Below, one piece after another: positions 55,752-64,000 of a stretch of DNA of 64,000 nt (position 1 is its first letter; the number at the start of each line of letters is the position of its first letter). Position numbers and translations under genes: made by a program. The notes beneath the pieces were generated by a model. It worked only from the letters and a program-made list of their open reading frames with translations, searched no databases and had not been told where the DNA came from. Source of the stretch: Bacteroidota bacterium (lineage in GTDB: Bacteria > Bacteroidota > Bacteroidia > Bacteroidales > VadinHA17). Location: contig JADFDS010000040.1 of the NCBI GenBank assembly GCA_018262715.1, positions 24,340 to 88,339 of the forward strand, in the 5' to 3' direction.

Positions 55752-56492
55752 ATGAACCGGTTTGAGATCACATTTACGGCAGTGATGGCCACGATCATAA
55801 TACACCTGACTGTGGCTGTGATCTTTATGTCTGTAAAAATCTCAGCACTCAGGCGTGAGATCGCCGCCGAGATCATACTGTCAATAGATGAGGAGATGCC
55901 GGATCCTGCAATGGAGAAGGCCATTGAGCTTGCAAAGAGCGACCAGTTCCAGGGCATCAGCCCTGAGGAGATGGTAAACATAATCAAGAATATTGCTGAC
56001 AAGCCTCTGGACATTGATCCCAAGGAGTATGAGGACATGGTCAAGGAGGAGATGATCAAGAGCGGTCTTCTTAATGAAAATAACTTCATTGACCAGCAAA
56101 AGATGGCGGAGGAGGCAGGGATGGAAGAGATTGCTGCCACACCTGAGGAGGTAAAGCCCCAGGTCACCGAGAAGAAGGAGAAACCCCAGGAACAGGGGAC
56201 TTTCCGGGGTCCCACAAGGATTTTTTATGATCTTGCCGGCCGCCACCATGTCTACCTCCCTATACCTATTTACAAGTGTGAGGGTGCAGGTCAGATAACG
56301 CTCGCCATTGTGGTTGACCGCGGCGGAAATGTGCTAAAGGCCGAGCCGGCCTCAAAACTTTCCACCACCAGGGATCAGTGCCTCACCGAGACAGCAGTGG
56401 AACATGCACTTAAAACAAGGTTCAATGCTGACCAGAGCGCTCCCGAAAAGCAGGGAGGCTTCCTCACCTTCGTGTTTGTATCGCAGAATTAA
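55752..56492 (+). CDS. Hypothetical membrane protein with TonB-like architecture
   Basis: N-terminal TM helix, an acidic/Lys-Pro-Glu-rich linker (PEEVKPQVTEKKEKPQEQG) and a compact C-terminal domain of about 90 aa. This is an architectural analogy only. Confidence 0.45.
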   Translation: MNRFEITFTAVMATIIIHLTVAVIFMSVKISALRREIAAEIILSIDEEMPDPAMEKAIELAKSDQFQGISPEEMVNIIKNIADKPLDIDPKEYEDMVKEEMIKSGLLNENNFIDQQKMAEEAGMEEIAATPEEVKPQVTEKKEKPQEQGTFRGPTRIFYDLAGRHHVYLPIPIYKCEGAGQITLAIVVDRGGNVLKAEPASKLSTTRDQCLTETAVEHALKTRFNADQSAPEKQGGFLTFVFVSQN

Positions 56493-56497
56493 TCTGA

Positions 56498-57220
56498 TCA
56501 GAAAAGTGTTCCCTGTACAGGGTAACTGAAAGGCATGATAAGTTCAGGCCTGTTTCTGTCAGCCCTTGCATTGGTTATCAGGGGGCTGATCGTATGGGCT
56601 GAGAGCATGTCCGGGGCCACGGGCTCCATGAGCGCAGCCAGTGCACTTTCATCTGCTCCATCCCTGAGCCACATCCGTTCCGCTGAAGCGGGAAGGATAA
56701 CCGGCATCCTCTTTTTTGAATTGTGGATCTCTTCCATGAGCTCATTGGCACGGGTGGTGACAACGGAAAATGTATTCAGGGTCATCCCGCCCTCCACGGT
56801 CCATGAGTCCCAGATTCCTGCCAGTGAGAAAATATTCTCTCCCCTGAGGGTTATATACCACGGTATCTTTCTACCGCCGTGATGCTGCCATTCGAAGAAT
56901 CCGCATACCGGAACGAGACAACGGCGCGATGCAAATGAATCCCTGAAAGCAGGCTTGGAAGAGATGGTCTCGGAACGGGCGTTGAAGGTCTTGAGCATAA
57001 TCTCATTGGCTTCACCCTCATCTTTAACCCATGATGGTATAAGTCCCCATCTGAATAGCCTGATCCCTGCATCCCGGTCAGAACAAACCACGGGCATTGA
57101 AGGGAGGCTGTAGGCATGGTAATAGTAACTCGGTCTGTACTTGTCGTGATCAATGAGGTCACTGCCGTAACGTGCTTCGAGCTCTTCCTTGACGATATTT
57201 ACATTAACAGTGAAGCACAT
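56498..57220 (-). CDS. SOS-response-associated peptidase (SRAP/YedK family, abasic-site processing)
   Basis: N-terminal Met-Cys (MCFTV). Family blocks FNARSETI, RCLVPVCGFFEW and RMPVIL. Confidence 0.85.
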   Translation of the reverse strand: MCFTVNVNIVKEELEARYGSDLIDHDKYRPSYYYHAYSLPSMPVVCSDRDAGIRLFRWGLIPSWVKDEGEANEIMLKTFNARSETISSKPAFRDSFASRRCLVPVCGFFEWQHHGGRKIPWYITLRGENIFSLAGIWDSWTVEGGMTLNTFSVVTTRANELMEEIHNSKKRMPVILPASAERMWLRDGADESALAALMEPVAPDMLSAHTISPLITNARADRNRPELIMPFSYPVQGTLF

Positions 57221-57238
57221 CGTGGAGTTGATTCTTGA

Positions 57239-58555
57239 TCAGGGTTCAGAAACCCTGGCAAATTTCAGCGGTACCGGCGTGTAATAGCTGAACAGGTCAG
57301 TGTCAGGCCACTGGCTGACCCGTTGCAGGAATTTAGCCATCATCTGGTCAATGTCGCCTGTCAGTTCGGGACCGTTCCATCCGCTGCTGTTCATAAGTAC
57401 CACCCATGCGGTACCGTCAGGCATCCTCTTCATCATTGCTGAAGTGCCCGAGAATGAACCGGTACGCCACCACACGCCGTTGGAGAGTGTGGCCCTCCAG
57501 CCTACAGGGGCGTATCCGTTCTCCGCATCCGTCATGAACTCTATGCTTTCAGGTGAGAGGATATCCTTCGGGAATTCAAAGCCATCCACAGCAAGGAGCA
57601 GTCTCATCAGGTCAGGAGCAGTGGCCACCCATGCTCCGGCTGCTCCGAGGGTCTCTATGTCATTTCCTCCCCTGCTGGCCCGAACCATCTCGCCGGTCCC
57701 GTAGATGGAAGGCCTGAGAGGTGCATTGTCGACATCATAGTAGGAGACCTCAAGAGGCAGGGCGTTCTCAGGCAGGTTTTTCCCGAGTGCCATGTCATAG
57801 ATTCCCAGCGGTTCAAGCACCTTCTTCCTGCAATAGGATTCATAATCCATCCCCGAAGCCTCTTCGATGACGAGGCCCAGGATGGCATATCCGAGATTGC
57901 TGTATGACTGCCCTGCTCCGGGGGTGAAATGCAGGTTTTTTGTCAGTGCGAACTTTATTATGGTCTTAAGATCCACAGGCATCGGAACCCCAAGGGTACG
58001 GGAAATTACTTCAGGCATAAACATCTGATCACCATACCTTTGCGACCAGCCACCCTCATGAGCCAGGAGATGCCCGACCGTGATGTCAAATGCACGCTTG
58101 TCCCTGGGATGGTCAAAAATAGTGTCATCAAGTATTGCGCCGGGGCCGAACACCTTTTCGTTCACTGAAAGCCTGCCCTCCTCCTGCAGTTGCATGATTG
58201 CCACCGCAGTTACCAGCTTGGAGACGCTGGCAATACGAAAACGGTGATATGGCTCAACAGGAATTGAATCATCAAGTGAAGCATAGCCAAAACCTCGTGC
58301 ATACAGCAGCTTCCCTTCCTTTGCCACAGCAACCGATGCACCCTTTATGTCCCAGTTCTTCATAAACCATTCCACCCCCACTTCCGCATTTACAAACATA
58401 TCATTCTCAGACAGGGAGTTATCTAGCCTCAGGTTAACAGGGACATAGTGGCCGTCAATCATTGCCACCTGTTCCGTGCCAACCTTGGGCACAACCATGA
58501 ATAGCACCAGGAAGACTATTATCAGCAGTCGCATTGGTTTTACAGGCAGAATCAT
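57239..58555 (-). CDS. Serine hydrolase, beta-lactamase/PBP4-like family (exported)
   Basis: Signal/anchor sequence. SxxK motif RIASVSKLVTA. A YSN-type motif (QSYSNLGYAILG). Confidence 0.85.
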   Translation of the reverse strand: MILPVKPMRLLIIVFLVLFMVVPKVGTEQVAMIDGHYVPVNLRLDNSLSENDMFVNAEVGVEWFMKNWDIKGASVAVAKEGKLLYARGFGYASLDDSIPVEPYHRFRIASVSKLVTAVAIMQLQEEGRLSVNEKVFGPGAILDDTIFDHPRDKRAFDITVGHLLAHEGGWSQRYGDQMFMPEVISRTLGVPMPVDLKTIIKFALTKNLHFTPGAGQSYSNLGYAILGLVIEEASGMDYESYCRKKVLEPLGIYDMALGKNLPENALPLEVSYYDVDNAPLRPSIYGTGEMVRASRGGNDIETLGAAGAWVATAPDLMRLLLAVDGFEFPKDILSPESIEFMTDAENGYAPVGWRATLSNGVWWRTGSFSGTSAMMKRMPDGTAWVVLMNSSGWNGPELTGDIDQMMAKFLQRVSQWPDTDLFSYYTPVPLKFARVSEP

Positions 58556-58683
58556 AAGAGTGTACTTCTCAGAAAACGGCGGTAAAATTAGAATATTATC
58601 CTGCTCGCAACCCCTTCCGGCAACATTTTTCTTAACCGGAGAAAAAAAATATCAACAAAATTGGAAGGGTCGTAATCTGAGAG

Positions 58684-58691
58684 TAAATTTG
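58684..58691 (+). promoter_or_regulatory. Candidate -7 promoter box TAAATTTG 5 nt upstream of the ATG (possible leaderless transcript)
   Basis: Exact TAnnTTTG match at 58684-58691; ATG at 58697. Confidence 0.3.
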
Positions 58692-58696
58692 TATGC

Positions 58697-60199
58697 ATGA
58701 GGCATTCCTTAAGAAAGTCATTATTCCTGGTTCCTCTGCTGATCTGCTGTTTAGACCTGAGTGGCCAGACCGACAGCCTGGTTATTGATTCAATAATGGG
58801 GAGAATCAAGGAAATCCTGGAGATTTACAATGCACGCACGCTATATGTTGACACCTCTGAGTATGTTCACGGATTTGAAGATGCAGACAATATAAACCTG
58901 CAGACTGCTGCATCAATGGGTGCATGCAATGAGATCATATTCCTGAGGGCCAGAGGGGCAGATGTAAATAATACCGTCGGGAATATTGCGACTCCTCTCC
59001 ACTATGCGGTCAACTCGGGAAATTGGGGTGCCGTGGAGATACTGCTGCTTCTTGGAGCCAATCCCGATGTGAAAGATATCTACGGGAACACGCCGCTTGT
59101 TGCAGCTGTCCGGGCTGATCAACGGGAAATTGCCGAAAAACTCATCAGGTACGGTGCATCGATCGACGAAACTGACAGGCAACTCTCTTCGCCATTGCAC
59201 CATTCCGTGGCGCTGCGAAACTTTTCCATGACAGACATGCTTCTTTACTACGACTCTCCCACGGAGCTGTTTGACATTGAAGGGAACACTCCCCTGATGA
59301 CCGGAGTATGCTTTGGTTACCATGACATTGCGGACCTCCTGCTGCAATCAGGCGCAGATCCCAACGCTGCTGACAGGCGGGGTTTTACGCCTCTGATGGC
59401 AGCAAGCCAGAACGGAGACACGCTTATGATGAGCATACTGGTAAAGGCAGGGTCAAACCTTTATGCGCTGAATGACGACGGGGTTGACGCCCTCGGCTGC
59501 GCAGTGATAGGATCACAGAAAGATGCTGCAGATTTTCTGCTCTCACATGGAAACCGATGGAACCAAACCAGTGGTACGCGTGGCGACCCGGTGATACTGG
59601 CAAACACTTCAGGTGAGTCAGATATTCTTCAGATGATGAATGAACACGGGCTGAAGGCAAAGCGGGAGTATACCTTTGACCAGCTCTCATTTTCAGCAGG
59701 AGGATGGATTACTTCACATTATCAGCTTGCAGGAGGGTCAATTTCCGTTTCTGAGCCCGGCCTTGGAGCCGGAATAACTCTTGGCGCTGCCGTTAACCCC
59801 GTAAATCAGCGTGTTCTGGTCGGCGGGGATAACAGCACAATTTACCAGTATAATGTAAAATCAAACCTCATCTACGCAGGCCTGTTCAGGGAATTTCCTC
59901 TAAACGGTAAGTTGAACGTGCTGCGGGTCAGCGTTATTCCGGCCCTGAATTTCGGATACATGTTTCATTCACTTTACGCCGGAACTGAAGAAAAGCCTGA
60001 TGACAAATTTTGCATTATTCCTGAGGCAGACATCCGGTTCGGCTGGCACAACCTGAGCCTGAATCCCGGCCTTGCTTTCATGAAATCACCGTTTCGCAAG
60101 GTTGGACCATTATGGTTCACCCTTAAGGTGGCCTATGACCTCAAACGCCCTCAGGACAAAATCAAGGGCAAACGAATCAGAATCTACGACTATGAGTAA
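58697..60199 (+). CDS. Exported ankyrin-repeat protein with C-terminal beta-rich domain
   Basis: Signal peptide (LLICCLDLSGQ). At least 6 ANK units (TPLHYAVNSGNWGAVEILLLLGANPD, GNTPLVAAV..., GFTPLMAASQNGD..., and others). The C-terminal about 170 aa has alternating-strand character. Confidence 0.85.
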   Translation: MRHSLRKSLFLVPLLICCLDLSGQTDSLVIDSIMGRIKEILEIYNARTLYVDTSEYVHGFEDADNINLQTAASMGACNEIIFLRARGADVNNTVGNIATPLHYAVNSGNWGAVEILLLLGANPDVKDIYGNTPLVAAVRADQREIAEKLIRYGASIDETDRQLSSPLHHSVALRNFSMTDMLLYYDSPTELFDIEGNTPLMTGVCFGYHDIADLLLQSGADPNAADRRGFTPLMAASQNGDTLMMSILVKAGSNLYALNDDGVDALGCAVIGSQKDAADFLLSHGNRWNQTSGTRGDPVILANTSGESDILQMMNEHGLKAKREYTFDQLSFSAGGWITSHYQLAGGSISVSEPGLGAGITLGAAVNPVNQRVLVGGDNSTIYQYNVKSNLIYAGLFREFPLNGKLNVLRVSVIPALNFGYMFHSLYAGTEEKPDDKFCIIPEADIRFGWHNLSLNPGLAFMKSPFRKVGPLWFTLKVAYDLKRPQDKIKGKRIRIYDYE

Positions 60200-60611
60200 A
60201 ACCAGCCTCATTCTGGTACTCCTGATAATGCTCCTCTTTTCATGCGAAGAAGGTTTCCTGACTGATTGTGACAAGTGTTACACTGGCCCTGACTTCAGTG
60301 TTGAACTCAATGTAATTTACAGAAATCCTGACAGGGTTCCGGTAAATCCGCTCCTCACAATTTATGAAGGGAACATCAGCGACAGTATCATCATATCAAG
60401 GATCCGTATCGCGGATCCGTACTCCTATATGTATCAGCCGGCTATACTTTACAAAGATTACTCAGCCACCCTTGAGTTTACGTATGACGGTCAGAAATAC
60501 CTCACCACTGCCTCAGCCTGCCCCGGGGTACGGTATGACGAGACGACCTGTGATGAACCCTGTTACTTTGTTTATGACAACGTGCTTGACCTGAGGCTAA
60601 GGTATGACTGA
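60192..60611 (+). CDS. Hypothetical lipoprotein
   Basis: MSKTSLILVLLIMLLFSCEEG lipobox. The ATG at 60192 overlaps the stop of the ankyrin gene. Cys-rich (CDKC, C...C..C). Confidence 0.55.
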   Translation: MSKTSLILVLLIMLLFSCEEGFLTDCDKCYTGPDFSVELNVIYRNPDRVPVNPLLTIYEGNISDSIIISRIRIADPYSYMYQPAILYKDYSATLEFTYDGQKYLTTASACPGVRYDETTCDEPCYFVYDNVLDLRLRYD

Positions 60612-60679
60612 CAGTGCCCGCGGAAGGCTGTTCCCCGCGCATCTGTGCTGACTGGACACAGGCTTTAAAGTCAAATGCA

Positions 60680-61450
60680 TCAAATTCTGATAGTCAGAAG
60701 TACCTGCCTGAGCTCATTGGGTGTCACATCTTCCTGGATCTTCCCGGCATCGGCTACGGATATCCTTCCTCTCTCTTCGGATACGACGATGACCATGGCA
60801 TCAGTCTGCTCCGTAAGGCCGATTCCGGCGCGGTGCCGCATGCCAAACCGTGCCGGAAGGTTTGTCTGGTCGGTGGATGGCAGCGGGCAGCGCGCGGCAA
60901 GTATCTTCCCGTTCTGTATAAGCACTGCCCCGTCGTGCAGCGGTGACCCTTTGTAAAAAATTGTCTTCAGGAGCTCGTCAGTTACGAGAGCGTTGAGCAA
61001 CTCACCCCCGTCAGAGTAAATGTCAAGGAGACTGGTGCGACCCACGGCAATAAGTGCACCCGTGCGCGACTGAGCCATTGATTCAACTGCATGAACAATC
61101 TCCTCAACAATCTGGCTGGTGGTCTGGTCCACCTCTCCTGACGGGAAATACCGGTCAAATGAGAACCTGTTCCGGCTCATATACCTGTTCCCGATAGCCA
61201 AAAGAAATCTTCTGATCTCCTGCTGGAACACAATGATAAGCGCAATGACCCCTACCCCGATCACCTGTCCTATTATGGCGCTTATAAGCTCCATATTGAG
61301 AGCCTTCACCACGAGCCAGAACAGATAGACGAAGAAAATCCCGAGAAAAATGCTGAATGCAGCAGTGCCCCTGATAAGACGGTACAACTGGTAGAAAATG
61401 ATTGCTACCATTAATATATCGATGATATCGAGGACAGTGATCTGGAACAT
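60680..61450 (-). CDS. cdaA: Diadenylate cyclase CdaA (c-di-AMP synthase)
   Basis: Three N-terminal TM helices. DAC-domain motifs GALIAV, HDGAVLI, GMRHRAG and VVSEERGRIS. Confidence 0.9.
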   Translation of the reverse strand: MFQITVLDIIDILMVAIIFYQLYRLIRGTAAFSIFLGIFFVYLFWLVVKALNMELISAIIGQVIGVGVIALIIVFQQEIRRFLLAIGNRYMSRNRFSFDRYFPSGEVDQTTSQIVEEIVHAVESMAQSRTGALIAVGRTSLLDIYSDGGELLNALVTDELLKTIFYKGSPLHDGAVLIQNGKILAARCPLPSTDQTNLPARFGMRHRAGIGLTEQTDAMVIVVSEERGRISVADAGKIQEDVTPNELRQVLLTIRI

Positions 61451-61476
61451 ATGTCAGAGTGCAGTGACCGACAAAT

Positions 61477-62331
61477 TTAAGAATAATGATCAAATTGGAT
61501 GCCCGTCGGGTACATCTTTTCAAAAAGTAACACAACCTGCCGTGCCTCACTGACATCATGGACTCTCAGTATGGAAGCTCCTTTCATGAGTGCAGCCATA
61601 TTGAGGGCTGTTGTGCCGTTGAGCGCGAGATCGGGAGAGATGTCAAGGGTCTTCCAGATCATGGTCTTCCTTGAAAGGCCGGCAACAAGGGGCATGCCCG
61701 CAATCCGGAACTCGGAGAACCTGCGCAGCATCTCAAAATTATGATCCGCTTTCTTGCCAAACCCGAAGCCCGGATCAAGTATGATGTCCCTGACGCCAGA
61801 CTCCCTCAACGGCGCCATTCGTCGCGAAAACCAGGCAAGAATGTCTGCGACGACATCATCATAATGAGGATTCACCTGCATCGTCCGGGGCGTGCCCTGC
61901 ATATGCATAAGTATATATGGCACATTCAGCCGGGCAACAAGGGGAAACATCCCCTCGTCAAGCTCTCCGCCCGAAATGTCGTTTATCATTGCAGCGCCGT
62001 AATCGGAAACGGCAGCAGCAGCAACCGAAGACCTGTAGGTGTCAACTGATATTACTGCCTCAGGAAATTTCCCGAGAATCAATCCTGCAGCCCTGCATAC
62101 CCGTTCCCTTTCAACATCTTCAGGCACCTCCTCAGAACCAGGACGGGTGGAGCATCCGCCGATATCAAGAATATCAGCGCCATGCTCGAGCATCATGGCA
62201 GCTGCCCTGACAATATCATCATCCTGCATATAGCGGCTGCCCTGAAAGAACGAGTTGTCAGTGACGTTTATGATGCCCATCACACGAGGCCTGGAAAGAT
62301 CCATCAGCCTCCCCCTTACATTGATATTCAT
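61477..62331 (-). CDS. folP: Dihydropteroate synthase
   Basis: Pterin-binding motifs GIINVTDNSF, DIGGCSTRPG, INDISG and LDPGFGFGK. Confidence 0.9.
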   Translation of the reverse strand: MNINVRGRLMDLSRPRVMGIINVTDNSFFQGSRYMQDDDIVRAAAMMLEHGADILDIGGCSTRPGSEEVPEDVERERVCRAAGLILGKFPEAVISVDTYRSSVAAAAVSDYGAAMINDISGGELDEGMFPLVARLNVPYILMHMQGTPRTMQVNPHYDDVVADILAWFSRRMAPLRESGVRDIILDPGFGFGKKADHNFEMLRRFSEFRIAGMPLVAGLSRKTMIWKTLDISPDLALNGTTALNMAALMKGASILRVHDVSEARQVVLLFEKMYPTGIQFDHYS

Positions 62332-62414
62332 GCCTGTTGTTTTATTCCAGGGTAAAGATAGTCATTGGCCCCGTACTGATAGCGCAGAGTTCTTACCGTT
62401 GCCGTCAAATTAAG

Positions 62415-62422
62415 TATATTTG
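62415..62422 (+). promoter_or_regulatory. Candidate -7 promoter box TATATTTG
   Basis: Exact TAnnTTTG match with 25 nt between the box and the ATG at 62448. Confidence 0.4.
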
Positions 62423-62447
62423 CTTTCTGTAAATTCAGACAATACAT

Positions 62448-62789
62448 ATGAAAGGCATAGACTGGGCTGAGGAACTGGGTGTGGCAATAACAGTTTCTGA
62501 CACGGATGGAAAGATACTTTACATGAACGGGAAATCAGCCTCCACATTCGCAAAGCAGGGAGGACGGGCACTGGTGGGTTCCGGCCTGGATGCGTGCCAC
62601 AAAGCTGAATCATGGAACAAAATCCTGCAGATACTTGACACCGGGAATGCAAACTGCTACACCATTGAAAAAAACGGCATAAAAAAGATGATTTACCAGG
62701 CTCCGTGGTACAGCGACGGAACCGTTGCGGGGCTGGTTGAACTTTCGATGGAGATTCCGTTTAATATGGATCACTTTGTCCGCAGCTGA
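62448..62789 (+). CDS. Stand-alone PAS-like domain protein
   Basis: 113 aa. The pattern VAITVSDTDGKILYMN....F...G....G......H is consistent with a single PAS fold. Confidence 0.55.
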   Translation: MKGIDWAEELGVAITVSDTDGKILYMNGKSASTFAKQGGRALVGSGLDACHKAESWNKILQILDTGNANCYTIEKNGIKKMIYQAPWYSDGTVAGLVELSMEIPFNMDHFVRS

Positions 62790-62807
62790 AAACAAATCCC
62801 CCAGGCC

Positions 62808-63497
62808 ATGAAACTAATTGTAATAGAAGGTCTTGACGGCGCCGGCAAATCTACCCAGATCTCATTGCTGAAGGAGTGGTTTGCAACCAGGCAGATGCAG
62901 TGCAGATATATTCACTTTCCTCGCACAGACGCTCCCTACTTTGGCGAACTGGTTGCCCGGTTCCTGAGAGGCGAGTTCGGAGACATCAGCAGCGTCGATC
63001 CTTACCTTGTTGCCCTGCTCTATGCAGGCGACAGGAAAGATGCAGCTGCAATGATAGAAACATGGCTCGAAGAGAAATACTTCGTCGTTCTTGATCGTTA
63101 TACTTATTCCAACATTGCCTATCAGTGCGCCAAAATGAACACTGAGGATGATGTGAGAAGACTGAAAGAGTGGATACTGAAACTGGAATTTGAGCATTTT
63201 GGAATCCCGAAACCGGATATCAATATTTTCCTTGATGTTCCCTTCAGGTTCACTGAGGAGAAGCTCAGGAACAGGAGGCTCGGTGATGACAGGAGTTATC
63301 TCCTTGGAAGCAGTGATATACATGAGAGCAGCCTCGAGTTCCAGAAGAAGGTACGCGATATCTACATTAGTGTAGCTGAGGATGATCAAAACCTGCAGGT
63401 CATAAACTGCCATGATGAGGATAACCGCATGCCTGCACCGGAAGAGATTTTCGAAATGATTCTTGACAAACTAAAAGAAAGGAATATTCTGAGATGA
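62808..63497 (+). CDS. tmk: dTMP (thymidylate) kinase
   Basis: P-loop IVIEGLDGAGKSTQ, DRY-type motif LDRYTYSNIAY, and a lid region. Confidence 0.9.
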   Translation: MKLIVIEGLDGAGKSTQISLLKEWFATRQMQCRYIHFPRTDAPYFGELVARFLRGEFGDISSVDPYLVALLYAGDRKDAAAMIETWLEEKYFVVLDRYTYSNIAYQCAKMNTEDDVRRLKEWILKLEFEHFGIPKPDINIFLDVPFRFTEEKLRNRRLGDDRSYLLGSSDIHESSLEFQKKVRDIYISVAEDDQNLQVINCHDEDNRMPAPEEIFEMILDKLKERNILR

Positions 63498-64000
63498 AGT
63501 TGCTGATACAGATTGCCAGGATACTCACAGGGCTGGTTTTTGCTTTCTCCGGCTTTGTTAAAGGAATTGACCCGATGGGCACGGCATTCAAGTTAGGCGA
63601 TTACTTTTCGGCATTCAGATTTGGTTTCCTCGATGACTTTACCCTTCCCCTCTCACTGCTGCTCTGCGTCGTTGAATTTGTTACGGGTATGATGCTCCTG
63701 TCCGGAGCGTTGCTAAAGCCGGCATCATGGATGGCAGCCATTTTCATGGCCATATTCACCCCCCTGACACTTATTCTTGCCATATGGAATCCGGTCTCTG
63801 ACTGCGGATGCTTCGGTGATGCAATTGTGCTCACCAACTGGCAGACATTCTTCAAGAATGTGATCATTATTATTCCGGTTGTGTTCGTGTTCATCACGAG
63901 GAACGATGAGACCGGAGTCATGCCGGTAAAAGCCGGCCTCAACTTCACGCTGGCATTTATTTTCCTGTTTCTCCTTTTCATGAGGATAAACCTCGCGTAC
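63494..64000 (+). CDS. MauE/DoxX-like redox-associated membrane protein (partial, runs off the window)
   Basis: My own translation from ATG 63494 (ATGA overlap with the tmk stop): MKLLIQIARILTGLVFAFSGFVKG...NPVSDCGCFGDAIVL. Multiple TM helices and a CGCFG motif. No stop codon before 64000. Confidence 0.7.
   Translation, partial: MKLLIQIARILTGLVFAFSGFVKGIDPMGTAFKLGDYFSAFRFGFLDDFTLPLSLLLCVVEFVTGMMLLSGALLKPASWMAAIFMAIFTPLTLILAIWNPVSDCGCFGDAIVLTNWQTFFKNVIIIIPVVFVFITRNDETGVMPVKAGLNFTLAFIFLFLLFMRINLAY

Noticed and set aside
1-64000. Mobile element, prophage, defence island, CRISPR, rRNA or tRNA content
   Set aside because: I recognised no integrase, transposase, phage structural, restriction-modification or Cas motifs in any frame. 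I also found no tRNA-like T-arm consensus and no flanking direct repeats. The window reads as core chromosome.

Overview
This 64 kb window looks like chromosomal DNA from a Bacteroidota-type, probably anaerobic, bacterium. Supporting signs are a T9SS C-terminal sorting domain, exact TAnnTTTG -7 promoter boxes, many lipoprotein and Tat signals, IorAB and a radical-SAM enzyme. I can support about 55 protein-coding genes. I found no rRNA, tRNA, CRISPR array, transposase or integrase. Left to right the window holds: a PstS-like/TPR/ExbB-ExbD-ExbD-TonB cluster; a Tat-exported Fe-S aldo/keto reductase; a Y_Y_Y-propeller/PP2C membrane phosphatase divergent from a large C25 (gingipain-family) peptidase with a T9SS tail; a group of periplasmic (Tat/lipoprotein) Gfo/Idh/MocA oxidoreductases, a DUF1080 protein and a TIM-barrel isomerase; amrS, a class IV aminotransferase, an exonuclease/GIY-YIG fusion, DUF47-PiT, a thioesterase and DPP3; a six-gene Hyf/Ech-like membrane complex operon (32003-39264, minus strand); a GH109-like oxidoreductase, two glycosyltransferases, mltG, cls and envelope proteins; ssb and iorAB; a TonB-dependent receptor trio; and SRAP, a beta-lactamase-family hydrolase, an exported ankyrin protein, cdaA-folP, PAS, tmk and a partial MauE/DoxX gene. 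The most interesting element is the hydrogenase-like operon. Its large subunit has lost the [NiFe] cysteine ligands. Its small subunit has lost 3 of 4 proximal-cluster cysteines and exactly one of two ferredoxin clusters. The antiporter-like membrane subunits keep their charged transmembrane residues. It is therefore an Ehr-type complex of unknown chemistry, not a hydrogenase. All calls rest on reading motifs in the supplied translations and hairpins or boxes in the DNA. No database search was run.
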